The translations under genes were made by a program, and so were the position numbers. Source: an uncultured Chloroflexia bacterium (GTDB lineage Bacteria > Chloroflexota > Anaerolineae > CG2-30-64-16). From it: a DNA stretch of 64,000 bases. Position 1 is the first letter of the stretch. Every line of letters begins with the position of its first letter. Below, piece by piece: positions 40,536 to 50,346 of this stretch. Where the stretch lies: the NCBI GenBank assembly GCA_963774265.1, contig CAVZDU010000002.1, forward strand, positions 288,001 through 352,000, in the 5' to 3' direction. The notes beneath the pieces were generated by a model that saw only the letters and a list, made by a program, of their open reading frames with translations, was not told the origin of the DNA and searched no databases.

Positions 40536-40592
40536 AAAACATCGCCGCCTCGTTCATTTGCCGCTTCCGTCCATCGCCCCTATCATGGCCCC

Positions 40593-43500
40593 ATGGCCTT
40601 CACGCATCTTGAAGTTCACTCGAACCTGACTCTCCTGGGCGCCACACCCTCCATTGATGCCCTGGCCGCCCGGGCATCCGCCGATGGCCTGACACACCTG
40701 GCCCTGACCGACACGAACGCGTTGTACGGCGCAGTCGCGTTTGCTCGGGCGTGCCGCAAACAGGGGATACAGCCGGTAATCGGAATGACCGTTAAATTGC
40801 AGCAGCCGATCATCGGGCCAGGGCAACTCCAACCCGGGGACGCTGGGCCGGGACATCTCGTGCTTCTCGCCAAAGATGCGGCCGGCTATCGATCTTTGTG
40901 CCGCCTCTCCACACTCATCCAGGGGCGTCCTGACCGGGAGACCATCGCAGCCGACGGGCTGGCATGGGAGCAGATCGCCGCGCATCGCGAAGGACTGATC
41001 TGCCTCAGCGGGGGTCGCATGGGCTGGGTGGATCGCTACCTGCGTGCAGGGGAGTTGTCGTCCGCGCTGGCTTTCGCCGGCCGCCTGGCCGGCACGTTTG
41101 ATGAAGATGCCTACCTGGCGCTTGAGCTGCACCAGCCGGGGGACATGACGCACGCGGCCGAAATCGCCGGGCTGGCGCGACGGCTCGGGATGCCGTTGGT
41201 TGCAGTCCAGCCGATTTATTGCCTGTCTGAGGAAGATGCGCCGCGTCTGCGCTTGCTGGCTGCGATTCGCGCAAACCGTCCTCTTGGCGAGCCAATCGAA
41301 GAGGAGGAAGACGGTGAGGAGGAAGGCGAGGCCAGTGGCGACTCAGCGGTTTGGACCACCGCTCCGATTCGGGCGCCGCATCAGGTTGTTCCCGGAAATC
41401 CGACCGAGGCGCGCCTGGACGTCCATTGGCTCAGCCCCGATGTGATGACCGCGCGCTTCAAGGCTTATGCCCGTGCATTGGACAACGCCGGCGAGATCGC
41501 GGGGCGCTGCAGCGAAGCTCTCCCCGACGGCCGACCGATCTGGCCCAGCCTGGAGCTCCCCAACGGACAGTCACCCACCGATGCACTGCGGGAGCTGGCC
41601 CAGGCTGGCCTCCTTCGGCGTTTCCCCGCCGAGCCGCCGAAAAACCGGCTGGAGAAAGAACTGGGCGCCATCGCACATCACGGTTTCTCGCCGCTCTTCC
41701 TCGTGGTCGCGGACATTGTCCGATTCGCCCGGGAACACGGCGTACCGGTCAGCACGCGCGGCAGCGTCGCCAACTCGCTGGTCGCCTACTGCACAGGTAT
41801 CACCACCGTCGATCCTGTCGAGCACGACTTGCTGTTCGAGCGATTTCTGAACCCGGCGCGCGCCAATCCGCCCGACATCGACCTTGATTTTTGCTCTGCC
41901 CGCCGCGATGAGATCCTACGCTACGTGCACGAGCGCTATGGCCCGGAGCACGTCGCACTCGTCTGCACGATCAGCACCATGCGCCCGCAATCTGCGGTGC
42001 GAGAAGTGGGAAAGGCATACGGTCTGCCCGACGCTATTATCGGCCGGCTGGCTGCCATGATGCCCGGCCGCTGGCACCCAGACCCCCGGCGACGTGACAA
42101 CCGGACGATCGAGGATGTCCTGCCCCAAATCGAGGATGCGCGGCAGCGCGAGGTTGTCCAGGCTGCGTGGGCTCTCGTCGGCACGCCCGATCACCTGAGC
42201 GTTCACCCCGGCGGGCTGGTCATCTCGCCCGGCCCAATGACCGACATTGCCCCACTCCAGTGGGCGCCAAAGGGCTTTCTGGTCACCCAGTACGAACATG
42301 GCGATGTGGAAACCATCGGACTGCCGAAACTCGACCTGCTCGGCATTCGCGCACTCAGCGTACTCGCGGACGCCGTGGAGATGATCCGCGCGAACCATGA
42401 CCCGTCTTTCGATCTCGAGGCCATCCCCCCGAACGATGCGAGGACTGGCGACCTGCTTAGCCGCGCTGAGACGATCGGCGTGTTTCAGTGCGAATCGGAG
42501 GGCGCGCAGCGGACCCTACGCAAGTTACGCGCCAGAAGCATACGCGACCTGGCCGTCGCGAATGCGTTCTTCAAACCAGGACCGGCGATGGGCGGCATGG
42601 CCGACACATTCGTCCGGCGCTATCGAGGGCAGGAGGCAGTCACGTTTCTCCACCCCGCTCTCAAGCCGATCCTGGGGCCGACCAAGGGCGTGTTGATCTT
42701 CCAGGAGCAGGTGCTGCGGCTGGCGACCGAAGTAGCAGGGCTGAGTTGGGCTCAAGCGGACCACCTGCGCCGCGGTATGAGCCACTTCGGCCACAACGAG
42801 ATCACGGCGCTGCAGGAGCAATTCACGGCCGGCTGTGTACGGCCCGCACCAGACGGTCCAGGCATGACCCAAACGCAGGCCACCCGGCTGTGGGAGCAGA
42901 TCGTGCCATTCTCCGGCTATGGGTTCAACCAGGGACATGCGACCGCGTACGCTGACGTGAGCTACCGTTGCGCATTTCTCAAAACCTACTACCCTGCCGA
43001 GTTCCTGGCCGCCCGGCTGCAGGATTATGGCGGGTTCTATCACCCGGCGGTCTACATGGCCGAGGCGACCAGGCTGGGCATTCCCGTCCACCCGCCCCAC
43101 ATTAACCACAGCGCCGTCAAATTCACTCTCGTCAGAGATCCCGCGCTGTACATGGGTCTCGGCCAGGTTCGTGATCTGCGCGACAGCGCTGCGCACGCCA
43201 TCGTCGCCGCGCGGGGGGATGGTCCTTACCAGGGTCTGCGCGACCTGCTCTTGCGGGTCGATCTCCAGCCGAAAGAGGTCGACCACCTGATCCGCTGCGG
43301 GGCTCTGGAAGGGCTGGGCGAGCGCACCAGCCTGCTGGCGGAGGCGGAGTTGCTGCGCAGGCGAGGTAGCGCCAGCCAGCTGGCATTCGATTTCGCGCAG
43401 CCGACTGCGACCCCGGAGACCCTCAGCCAGCGATGGGCATGGGAGCAGGAACTACTCGGCCTGCCGGTCATCGCACTGAGCAACCCGCTGGCGACCGTGA

Positions 43501-43763
43501 GTGATGTCCTGCCACCCCACACACCCCTGGCCGAGATCGTCACTGCCCCCGGCAAGAGCGTCGTTGCTGCGGGCGTGAGATTGCCCGGCTGGACTGGCGG
43601 GTCGAGCTTCCTCCTGGCCGACGGCGAGCGGTTCGTGCCCGTCAATATCGGCAAGGGGGGCAAAAATCCCCCGGCGTGGCGGCCGCTCATCGTGCGCGGT
43701 CGATGGATGGTGGACGAATGGGGGGGCGGAAGTTTGCAGGCTGCGCAGGTTGCACTGGCCTAG
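40593..43763 (+). CDS. dnaE2: DNA polymerase III alpha subunit, DnaE2-like (error-prone class)
   Basis: PHP domain (HLEVHS, ALTD.N.LYG), RGSVANSLVAY, PDIDLDF, KLDLLG, GVFQ.ES and YGFN..HA.AY. It ends after a short OB-like region with no tau-binding tail. Confidence 0.8.
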   Translation: MAFTHLEVHSNLTLLGATPSIDALAARASADGLTHLALTDTNALYGAVAFARACRKQGIQPVIGMTVKLQQPIIGPGQLQPGDAGPGHLVLLAKDAAGYRSLCRLSTLIQGRPDRETIAADGLAWEQIAAHREGLICLSGGRMGWVDRYLRAGELSSALAFAGRLAGTFDEDAYLALELHQPGDMTHAAEIAGLARRLGMPLVAVQPIYCLSEEDAPRLRLLAAIRANRPLGEPIEEEEDGEEEGEASGDSAVWTTAPIRAPHQVVPGNPTEARLDVHWLSPDVMTARFKAYARALDNAGEIAGRCSEALPDGRPIWPSLELPNGQSPTDALRELAQAGLLRRFPAEPPKNRLEKELGAIAHHGFSPLFLVVADIVRFAREHGVPVSTRGSVANSLVAYCTGITTVDPVEHDLLFERFLNPARANPPDIDLDFCSARRDEILRYVHERYGPEHVALVCTISTMRPQSAVREVGKAYGLPDAIIGRLAAMMPGRWHPDPRRRDNRTIEDVLPQIEDARQREVVQAAWALVGTPDHLSVHPGGLVISPGPMTDIAPLQWAPKGFLVTQYEHGDVETIGLPKLDLLGIRALSVLADAVEMIRANHDPSFDLEAIPPNDARTGDLLSRAETIGVFQCESEGAQRTLRKLRARSIRDLAVANAFFKPGPAMGGMADTFVRRYRGQEAVTFLHPALKPILGPTKGVLIFQEQVLRLATEVAGLSWAQADHLRRGMSHFGHNEITALQEQFTAGCVRPAPDGPGMTQTQATRLWEQIVPFSGYGFNQGHATAYADVSYRCAFLKTYYPAEFLAARLQDYGGFYHPAVYMAEATRLGIPVHPPHINHSAVKFTLVRDPALYMGLGQVRDLRDSAAHAIVAARGDGPYQGLRDLLLRVDLQPKEVDHLIRCGALEGLGERTSLLAEAELLRRRGSASQLAFDFAQPTATPETLSQRWAWEQELLGLPVIALSNPLATVSDVLPPHTPLAEIVTAPGKSVVAAGVRLPGWTGGSSFLLADGERFVPVNIGKGGKNPPAWRPLIVRGRWMVDEWGGGSLQAAQVALA

Positions 43764-43769
43764 AGCCGT

Positions 43770-43798
43770 TTGACACGCCTTAACCCCGCGGCTATACT
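43770..43798 (+). promoter_or_regulatory. Sigma70 promoter of the MFS operon
   Basis: TTGACA-N17-TATACT. Confidence 0.7.
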
Positions 43799-43854
43799 CG
43801 TAGCCGTGCTGGATCCCACATGCCGGACAGAAGCGAAGACGGAGAACATCACGG

Positions 43855-45051
43855 GTGCCTAGCACCTCATCAGAACCACGATTCACTCCCAAGCTCGCAC
43901 CCATTCTCTACGGTGCGGTCGCGCTGTTCTTCTGGGCATCGCTTTACACCTATGTCCCGACGCTGCCTACGTATGCACGCACCTTCACCGATGATCTCGC
44001 CCTTGTCGGTTTGGTCATCGCCATGTACGGCCTGTGGCAGGCTGTGGTGCGTCTCCCACTTGGCATCGTGGCCGACTGGGTCGGCTGGCGCAAGCCTTTC
44101 ATCATTTTGGGCCTGGGGCTTTCCGCGGGCGGGGCTCTGCTCATGGGATCCGCCCACACTCCCACCGCGCTCCTGGTGGGCCGCTCGGTGACCGGCCTCG
44201 CCGCGGCGACCTGGGTGCCGCTGACCGTCATTTTCAGCGCACTCTATCCCCCCGAACAGGCAGTCCGCGCCACGACCGTCATGACGCTCATGTCAGCTAT
44301 CGCGCGCTCGATCGCCACCGCCGCGAATGGCCCGCTCAATACCATCGGCGGCTACCCGCTGGCCTTCACCGTGGCAGCGGTCATCGCCGGCCTTGCGCTC
44401 CTGTTGGTGATCCCTGCGCCGGAACAGCGTACGCCCGTTCAAGCGCCTACGTTAGGCCGCCTTTTTCAGCTCGTCACCCGTTTCGACGTGCTGGCGCCCG
44501 CGCTGCTGAACGCGCTGACCCAATACGTCGTTCTAGGCGTGTCGTTCGGATTTGTGCCGCTCCTCGCGCGAGAGCTAGGTGCAAGCGATCAGACGATCAG
44601 CCTGTTGACCGTCCTGCACCTGGCTGTGCTCACGCCGACAATCCTGGCCGTGGCATTCATGCTGAAGCGCTTTCGGCCGCGACCGCTCGTCATCATCAGC
44701 TTTGTGAGCCTGGCTGCCGGCGTGGGATGCGCTGGCCTGGCGAATGCTGTCTCCTGGCTCGTTGCATCGCAGGTGCTCGTGGGCATCAGCTATGGCATCG
44801 GCTACTCAATCCTGATGGGAATGAGTATCGAGTACGTCGAGAGTGCGGAACGCACCACGGCTATGGGGCTACACCAATCGGTTTACGCAATCGGCATGTT
44901 CGCCGGCCCGTGGCTGAGCGGCATCCTCGCGAATAGCGTGGGCATCCGGCCGATGTTCGGCCTGACAGCAGCCGGCACGTTGGTGATCGGCGTATTCGGC
45001 GCGGCAGTGACTACGCGCAGATCGCGGCCATTGAAGCCAGACATAGACTGA
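43855..45051 (+). CDS. MFS transporter
   Basis: About 12 TM segments and motif A (G..ADWVG.RK). Confidence 0.88.
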   Translation: MPSTSSEPRFTPKLAPILYGAVALFFWASLYTYVPTLPTYARTFTDDLALVGLVIAMYGLWQAVVRLPLGIVADWVGWRKPFIILGLGLSAGGALLMGSAHTPTALLVGRSVTGLAAATWVPLTVIFSALYPPEQAVRATTVMTLMSAIARSIATAANGPLNTIGGYPLAFTVAAVIAGLALLLVIPAPEQRTPVQAPTLGRLFQLVTRFDVLAPALLNALTQYVVLGVSFGFVPLLARELGASDQTISLLTVLHLAVLTPTILAVAFMLKRFRPRPLVIISFVSLAAGVGCAGLANAVSWLVASQVLVGISYGIGYSILMGMSIEYVESAERTTAMGLHQSVYAIGMFAGPWLSGILANSVGIRPMFGLTAAGTLVIGVFGAAVTTRRSRPLKPDID

Positions 45052-45083
45052 AAGCAGCATTTACCATGAAGAGGGAGGCTCAT

Positions 45084-45380
45084 ATGCAAGTCGTCTTCGT
45101 GCATGTCCAGGTCAAATCCGAGTCCGTCGACGCGTTCCGGGAGGCGTGCATCGACAACGCATCCAACAGTATTCAGGAACCGGGCGTCGCCCGCTTCGAC
45201 GTCGTGCAGAACGTGGATGATCCGACGCGTTTCGTGCTGATCGAGGCGTATCGCACGGCAGACGCGCCGGCCAGGCATAAGGAAACCGCACACTACAACC
45301 GGTGGCGCGACGCGGTAGCCGGCATGATGGCCGAGCCGCGCACCGCCGTGAAGTACGAGAGCATCTTCTTGCCCGATTGA
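45084..45380 (+). CDS. Antibiotic-biosynthesis-monooxygenase (LsrG-like) protein
   Basis: NA..S..EPG..RFDV, F.L.E.Y and HK.T.HY..WR..V. Confidence 0.85.
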   Translation: MQVVFVHVQVKSESVDAFREACIDNASNSIQEPGVARFDVVQNVDDPTRFVLIEAYRTADAPARHKETAHYNRWRDAVAGMMAEPRTAVKYESIFLPD

Positions 45381-45391
45381 AGAGGACGATC

Positions 45392-46546
45392 ATGCGGTTT
45401 GAATTTGCTACAGCCGGACGGATCATCTTCGGTCCGGGCGCACTTAAGGAAATCGGCTCGCTGGCTGCGGCGATGGGCCGCCGCGCGCTCGTGACCACCG
45501 GCCAGGAGTCCGGGCGCTTCGAGCCGCTGATCCGGCTGTTGGCGGCGGCCGGCATCGAAGCGGTCACCTTCAGAGTAGCTGGCGAACCGACGACAGACCT
45601 GGCAGCCGCGGGCGCGCGGCTCGCGATCGAAGCACACGCGCAACTCGTTATCGGCTTCGGAGGCGGCAGCGCTCTGGATGCCGCCAAGGCGATCGCGGCA
45701 CTGGCCGCTAACAGTAGCGATCCCCTGGACTATCTCGAGGTGGTTGGCCGCGGACAGGCGCTGACCAAGCCAGCGCTGCCAACAATTGCGATTCCAACCA
45801 CTGCCGGCACCGGGACAGAGGTCACGCGCAACGCAGTGCTTCTCTCACCCGAGCACGCGGTCAAGGCGAGCCTCCGCAGTTCGAGCATGCTGCCTCGGCT
45901 GGCCCTGGTGGATCCTGAGCTCACCTACTCGTTGCCTCCGCATGTAACCGCAAGCACCGGGCTCGACGCGCTCACGCAACTGATCGAGCCATTCACCTCC
46001 AGCCGTGCCAACCCCATAACCGACGCCTTGTGCCGGGAAGGCATGGTCCGCGTGGCGCGCTCGTTACGCCGCGCTTTCAGCCAGGGTCATGACACGACCG
46101 CGCGGGAGGATATGGCGCTGGCCAGCCTGATGGGCGGGCTGGCGCTCGCGAACGCCGGCTTGGGAGTCGCGCATGGCTTTGCCGGCCCGGTGGGCGGCAC
46201 GTTCGGTGCTCCCCACGGCGCCGTGTGCGCTGCGCTTCTTCCTCACGTTATGTCAATAAATCTCCGCGCCCTCGCCCGTCGGAAGCCCGACAGTCCCGAG
46301 CTCGCACGGTACACTGAGGTCGCGCGGCTCTTGACGGGCAATCCTGACAGCCGCGCCGAGGACGGAGTCCGCTGGGTGCAGGGATTAGCGCACGACCTGG
46401 GCATACCCGCCCTGGGTGCGTACGGCATCAGCCAGGTGCATGTACCCGAATTGGTTCGAAAGGCTGCGGCCGCATCCAGCACGAAGGCTAACCCCATTGT
46501 ACTGACGCCAGAGGAATTGACCGAGATACTCCAGGCAGCCATGTAA
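45392..46546 (+). CDS. Iron-containing alcohol dehydrogenase
   Basis: GGGSALDAAK, IPTTAGTG.EVT, DP.LT, LDALTQL.E and G.AHG...PHG..CA. Confidence 0.9.
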   Translation: MRFEFATAGRIIFGPGALKEIGSLAAAMGRRALVTTGQESGRFEPLIRLLAAAGIEAVTFRVAGEPTTDLAAAGARLAIEAHAQLVIGFGGGSALDAAKAIAALAANSSDPLDYLEVVGRGQALTKPALPTIAIPTTAGTGTEVTRNAVLLSPEHAVKASLRSSSMLPRLALVDPELTYSLPPHVTASTGLDALTQLIEPFTSSRANPITDALCREGMVRVARSLRRAFSQGHDTTAREDMALASLMGGLALANAGLGVAHGFAGPVGGTFGAPHGAVCAALLPHVMSINLRALARRKPDSPELARYTEVARLLTGNPDSRAEDGVRWVQGLAHDLGIPALGAYGISQVHVPELVRKAAAASSTKANPIVLTPEELTEILQAAM

Positions 46547-46632
46547 CCGCAGTCCCTTTGTCACGAGCTCCCGCCACGCTTGCGCTCTCATCGTCCGTGA
46601 TGAGAGCGCTTTTTGTTCACAACCCAAAACGT

Positions 46633-46658
46633 GGAACCAAAACATCACCCTGAGCGTT
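46633..46658 (+). promoter_or_regulatory. Putative ECF-sigma promoter
   Basis: GGAACC-N16-CGTT. Confidence 0.4.
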
Positions 46659-46752
46659 CTATACCTGTGCGGGCGAATGAGACTGTATTGACCCTGATCG
46701 TATTGACCTGTAGAGAGACGCAGTGAGAACCCCGCACAGGAGGAATTAGCAG

Positions 46753-48468
46753 ATGAAAACCAATTGGCTCCGAACTCTGGCGAACCGTCCTTCGATGCGC
46801 ATCGGCCTGGCCGTGATCCTGATCATCGTCGGGCTCGCACCGATCGGCGTCCCGATCCTATCCGACTCGTCCTGGCGAACGGCTTCCGGCCCCGCCGGTG
46901 AGATCGCGGCGCCCGTTGCCCCGCAGCCGCAGGCCTTCGTGTATCGCACAGGCGCACAGACTGAGAACCTCACGCATGTGGAACGCAGCGATGACGGCGG
47001 ACAGACCTGGTACGCAGTCGCAAGCATCCCTGCGCAGATTGCAGAACTGATAGCGACACCGGGCGACGAGCAGGTAGTCTACGGCCGCGGCGAAGATGCG
47101 GTATGGATGAGCCACGACGGCGGCGAAACGTGGACGCTCTCGGGGCGACTGCCCAGCCGGCCCTTGTCACTTGCGGTGACGAGCAAGGCGACCGGTGCGG
47201 TATTGGTCGGGACGGAGTCAGTCGGGCTGGCAATCAGCCGGGATGGCGGAGAGTCATGGCAGGTCGTCGATGATCCGACCCTGACCATGAGCGGGATGGC
47301 TCCGGTTGCGGTGACGGCCCTCAAGGTCAACCCCGAGGATGAGACCATTGTTTACGCGACCACAGCGGTATGGACCGGCACAAGCACGGCCCGGTTGACC
47401 CCTGTCGGCACATTTGTGAGCGTGGACGGCGGCCGGGTTTGGCTGCAGATGGACGCGCTGCCACTCAATGGCGCTGCCGGCACCGACATCAATCCGGTGA
47501 CGAACCAGCCATTGACGGTTCTCGTCGAAAACGGCCTGGGCATGCAGGCGCAAGAGTTGAAAGTGTCACCCGAGCTGATCGAAGAGCTGAATAGCTCAGA
47601 CGCAGCTGTACGGTCATCTGTCGCCCGGGCGTTGGGCCTGATGGGCGATCGCGCCGCAGTGCAACCGCTTCTGGCTCATCTGAATGATCCCGACGTCCTG
47701 GTTGGCGATCGCGTCGCTGAGGCACTGGGCCGTTTGGGCGATGTCAGCGCTGCCCCGGCGCTATTCACGGCGCTTGAGAGCGACCAGGAAGCCGTGCGGG
47801 CACGCGCTGCCTATGGTCTCGGGCTGCTGAAGCTTGAGGCGGCAGTGGAACTGCTGGCTGAGCGGCTCCGCACGGATAGTCCGATGGTGGCTCGTCGAGC
47901 GGCTGAAGCATTGGCGAGCATCGGCACACCCGATGCTATGGCTGCGCTCACGATTCCGCTGGCCGATACGGCGATAACGCCTGCGCGACATGCAGCGATG
48001 GCCGGGCTTGAGTTGGCCGGCAATCAGGCGGCGGGTGCGCTGGTCTCCGCGCTGAGCTCAGAAGATGCGTCGCTTCGCACGCACGCCGCGGAGATGTTGG
48101 GGTACATCAAGCCTGTCGATGCGGTCAGCCCACTGGCGGCCGCGCTCGAAGACGCTGAACCCGCCGTGCGGGCACAGGCAGCCTGGGCATTGGGCGAGAT
48201 CGCCAGCCCCGAGGCGCAAACCGCGTTGGCTCAAGCTGAAGCCCAAGCTGGCGACGACACGACAAAGACCGCGATTATCGCGGCTGAGCAGCGTGCCGAG
48301 CGGGCGACCCTGGGTCCTCGCCCGGTCGCAGCATTCGGCGATGGCTTCTTCAGCCAGTTGAGCAATGTGCCTGCCACGAGCTGGACATTCTTCGGCCTGT
48401 TCATGGTGCTGGCGTTGGCCTTGTTGCTCATGGCGCCACGCACGGAACCGATGCGCCCAAGTCGTTAG
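46753..48468 (+). CDS. Membrane-anchored protein with BNR/Asp-box beta-propeller and HEAT repeats
   Basis: N-terminal TM, four S.DGG..W Asp boxes, repeated VR..AA.ALG.(I/L)G HEAT units and a C-terminal TM. Confidence 0.85.
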   Translation: MKTNWLRTLANRPSMRIGLAVILIIVGLAPIGVPILSDSSWRTASGPAGEIAAPVAPQPQAFVYRTGAQTENLTHVERSDDGGQTWYAVASIPAQIAELIATPGDEQVVYGRGEDAVWMSHDGGETWTLSGRLPSRPLSLAVTSKATGAVLVGTESVGLAISRDGGESWQVVDDPTLTMSGMAPVAVTALKVNPEDETIVYATTAVWTGTSTARLTPVGTFVSVDGGRVWLQMDALPLNGAAGTDINPVTNQPLTVLVENGLGMQAQELKVSPELIEELNSSDAAVRSSVARALGLMGDRAAVQPLLAHLNDPDVLVGDRVAEALGRLGDVSAAPALFTALESDQEAVRARAAYGLGLLKLEAAVELLAERLRTDSPMVARRAAEALASIGTPDAMAALTIPLADTAITPARHAAMAGLELAGNQAAGALVSALSSEDASLRTHAAEMLGYIKPVDAVSPLAAALEDAEPAVRAQAAWALGEIASPEAQTALAQAEAQAGDDTTKTAIIAAEQRAERATLGPRPVAAFGDGFFSQLSNVPATSWTFFGLFMVLALALLLMAPRTEPMRPSR

Positions 48469-48483
48469 GCGTCAACGGCAAAG

Positions 48484-48513
48484 AAAAGCCCGGACCAACC
48501 GTCCGGGCTTTTT
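48484..48513. terminator. Bidirectional intrinsic terminator
   Basis: AAAAGCCCGGAC-CAACC-GTCCGGGCTTTTT. Confidence 0.85.
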
Positions 48514-48517
48514 GATC

Positions 48518-49196
48518 TCAGGGCTTCGATTCGCCCTTCTTTCGCCTGAAGAGCCGCTCCTGCAAGAGGCGCAGTTCCTCCTCATTGCCGCCAATGATGA
48601 GTTTAGCCTGTTCGATCCAATCCGCGAAGCTGACGCGCTGCCATGCCTGCGGCTGAATGATCTCCTGCAGACGAGCCTCGCCGGCATTCACAAGTTCAGC
48701 AAACGTGTTTATCCCCGCCGCACGCAGCCTGCCGTCATACACCCGGCCGATTCCCTCTATACGCAATAGATCATCCTTTGCAGGCGTGCCGGAGGCTTGA
48801 AGAGGCGCGGGCGCCAGGGCTTCCAGAGCTTCTGAGGAAAATCGTCCGGTCGTTTCCGATATCTCAGCGCCAACTTGAGCGGGCTCATCGTGAACCTCAT
48901 CGGGAACCCCCGCCACCCGGTCGGATATTTGGGGCCAATCAACACGCTCAGCCTCCCCTTCCGCGTCCATACCGAGCGGGACATCGATCTCGCGGGGCTC
49001 AGCTGTGCCAGGCATGGCAGGTGACTCCACAACCCGCGGCAGGCTGCGGAACGGTCCACTCGACCGTGCGGCTGGGTGCAACGACATCGTCTGCGAGATT
49101 TGTGGTCTCCGAACGGCGGCGCCAGAGCAGATCGATCAGCCAGCCGAGAAGCAATCCGAGGATGACGCCGATCACGAGTGACAGCCAAGTGGTCAT
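48518..49196 (-). CDS. Membrane-anchored helix-hairpin-helix (DUF4332-like) protein, frameshifted
   Basis: N-terminal TM (WLSLVIGVILGLLLGWLIDLLW) in one frame; DDL.RIEGIG.VY...L..AGI.TF..L...WI.QA in another. Confidence 0.7.
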
Positions 49197-49401
49197 GGAT
49201 GATCCTTTCTCCAGATTGGCCTTTAGCCGCGAATTACCGCAACAGCAGTTCAGACGTGTATGGTTGGACACGGGTCAGCTCCTCATCACCTCACGAGAAG
49301 TTACTGCAACCTTACGCAACAGTATACCACGACACGATCCCAGGAATGACACCAAATCCTCGCACGCGAGATATGGGACAGATCCCTGATGATGGCGAGT
49401 G

Positions 49402-50209
49402 TCATGTCCCCTTCGCCATCTGCGCGAGAGCCGTCTCTACCAACCCGTGGTAGCGCACCCACCGGTACTCCTCCGCAAACGGAACACCAATCTTGCGACC
49501 GATCTCTGCATCCTGGCTGCGCAGCCCCCACGCAAGCAAATCCGCCGGGCTATTAGCCGCTCCCACCGCCACCTTCTGGATATCCAGGCCCGCCATCGCA
49601 ACCTGGCTCAAGATGCCTTCCACGAGAAACACAACCTGTGAACGATGCTCGCTCACAGCCGCGATCTTCCGGTCGACAAAGGCGGTCGTGTCGATAATCT
49701 TGTTCGCTCCCGGGAGAGTCTCGCCGTAGAAGTACTTTTCCGCCACCAGGTGCGGTGGCAGGCCCTCATCGATGTGCTGAGGATAGGCGAGCGGCAGCTG
49801 GCTGCAGTTGATCGCCTCGATCGCCGCCCACGCGACCGCCCGGTGATCGGGGTGCGGCTCATATAGGGCGTAGGGGTCCAGTGCAAAAACGATATCAGGC
49901 CGAATCTCGCGAATCGCCCGCACGAACTTCTCGCGCAATACGCCCGGGGCCAGTGTGTCGAGCTCCATGTCGGGGAAGCCAAGCAGGATGGGTGGCTGCG
50001 CGCCCAAAGCCGCGGCCGCGCGACGCATCTCATCCGCCCGTGTCGCAGCCAGATCCTCCGCTCTCTTCGATAAACGAGCCCGTGCGGCCGTCCGTGGCCA
50101 CGACAATTTGCACGGTCGCACCCCCGGCAGCCAGCTTCGCCAGAGAGCCGCCGCAGTAGATCTCCGCGTCATCCGGATGCGGCGCCAGCACCAGCACGGT
50201 ATCAGGCAT
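49402..50209 (-). CDS. PIG-L family deacetylase, frameshifted near the 5' end
   Basis: MPDTVLVLAPHPDDAE, R..E...AA..LG, HPDHR and K..A...H.SQ. Confidence 0.85.
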
Positions 50210-50346
50210 TACAGCCCCCTCACGTCAAAGAGTCGACCGTAGGATACGTTGTGTTCAGCACCCTGTCAAACACCTTGCGCGCGGGGTGAGCTTGGGGTAG
50301 AGTAGGGCATCAACCACTCCCCAAGAAAGGCTCAAGCAGACCGACA

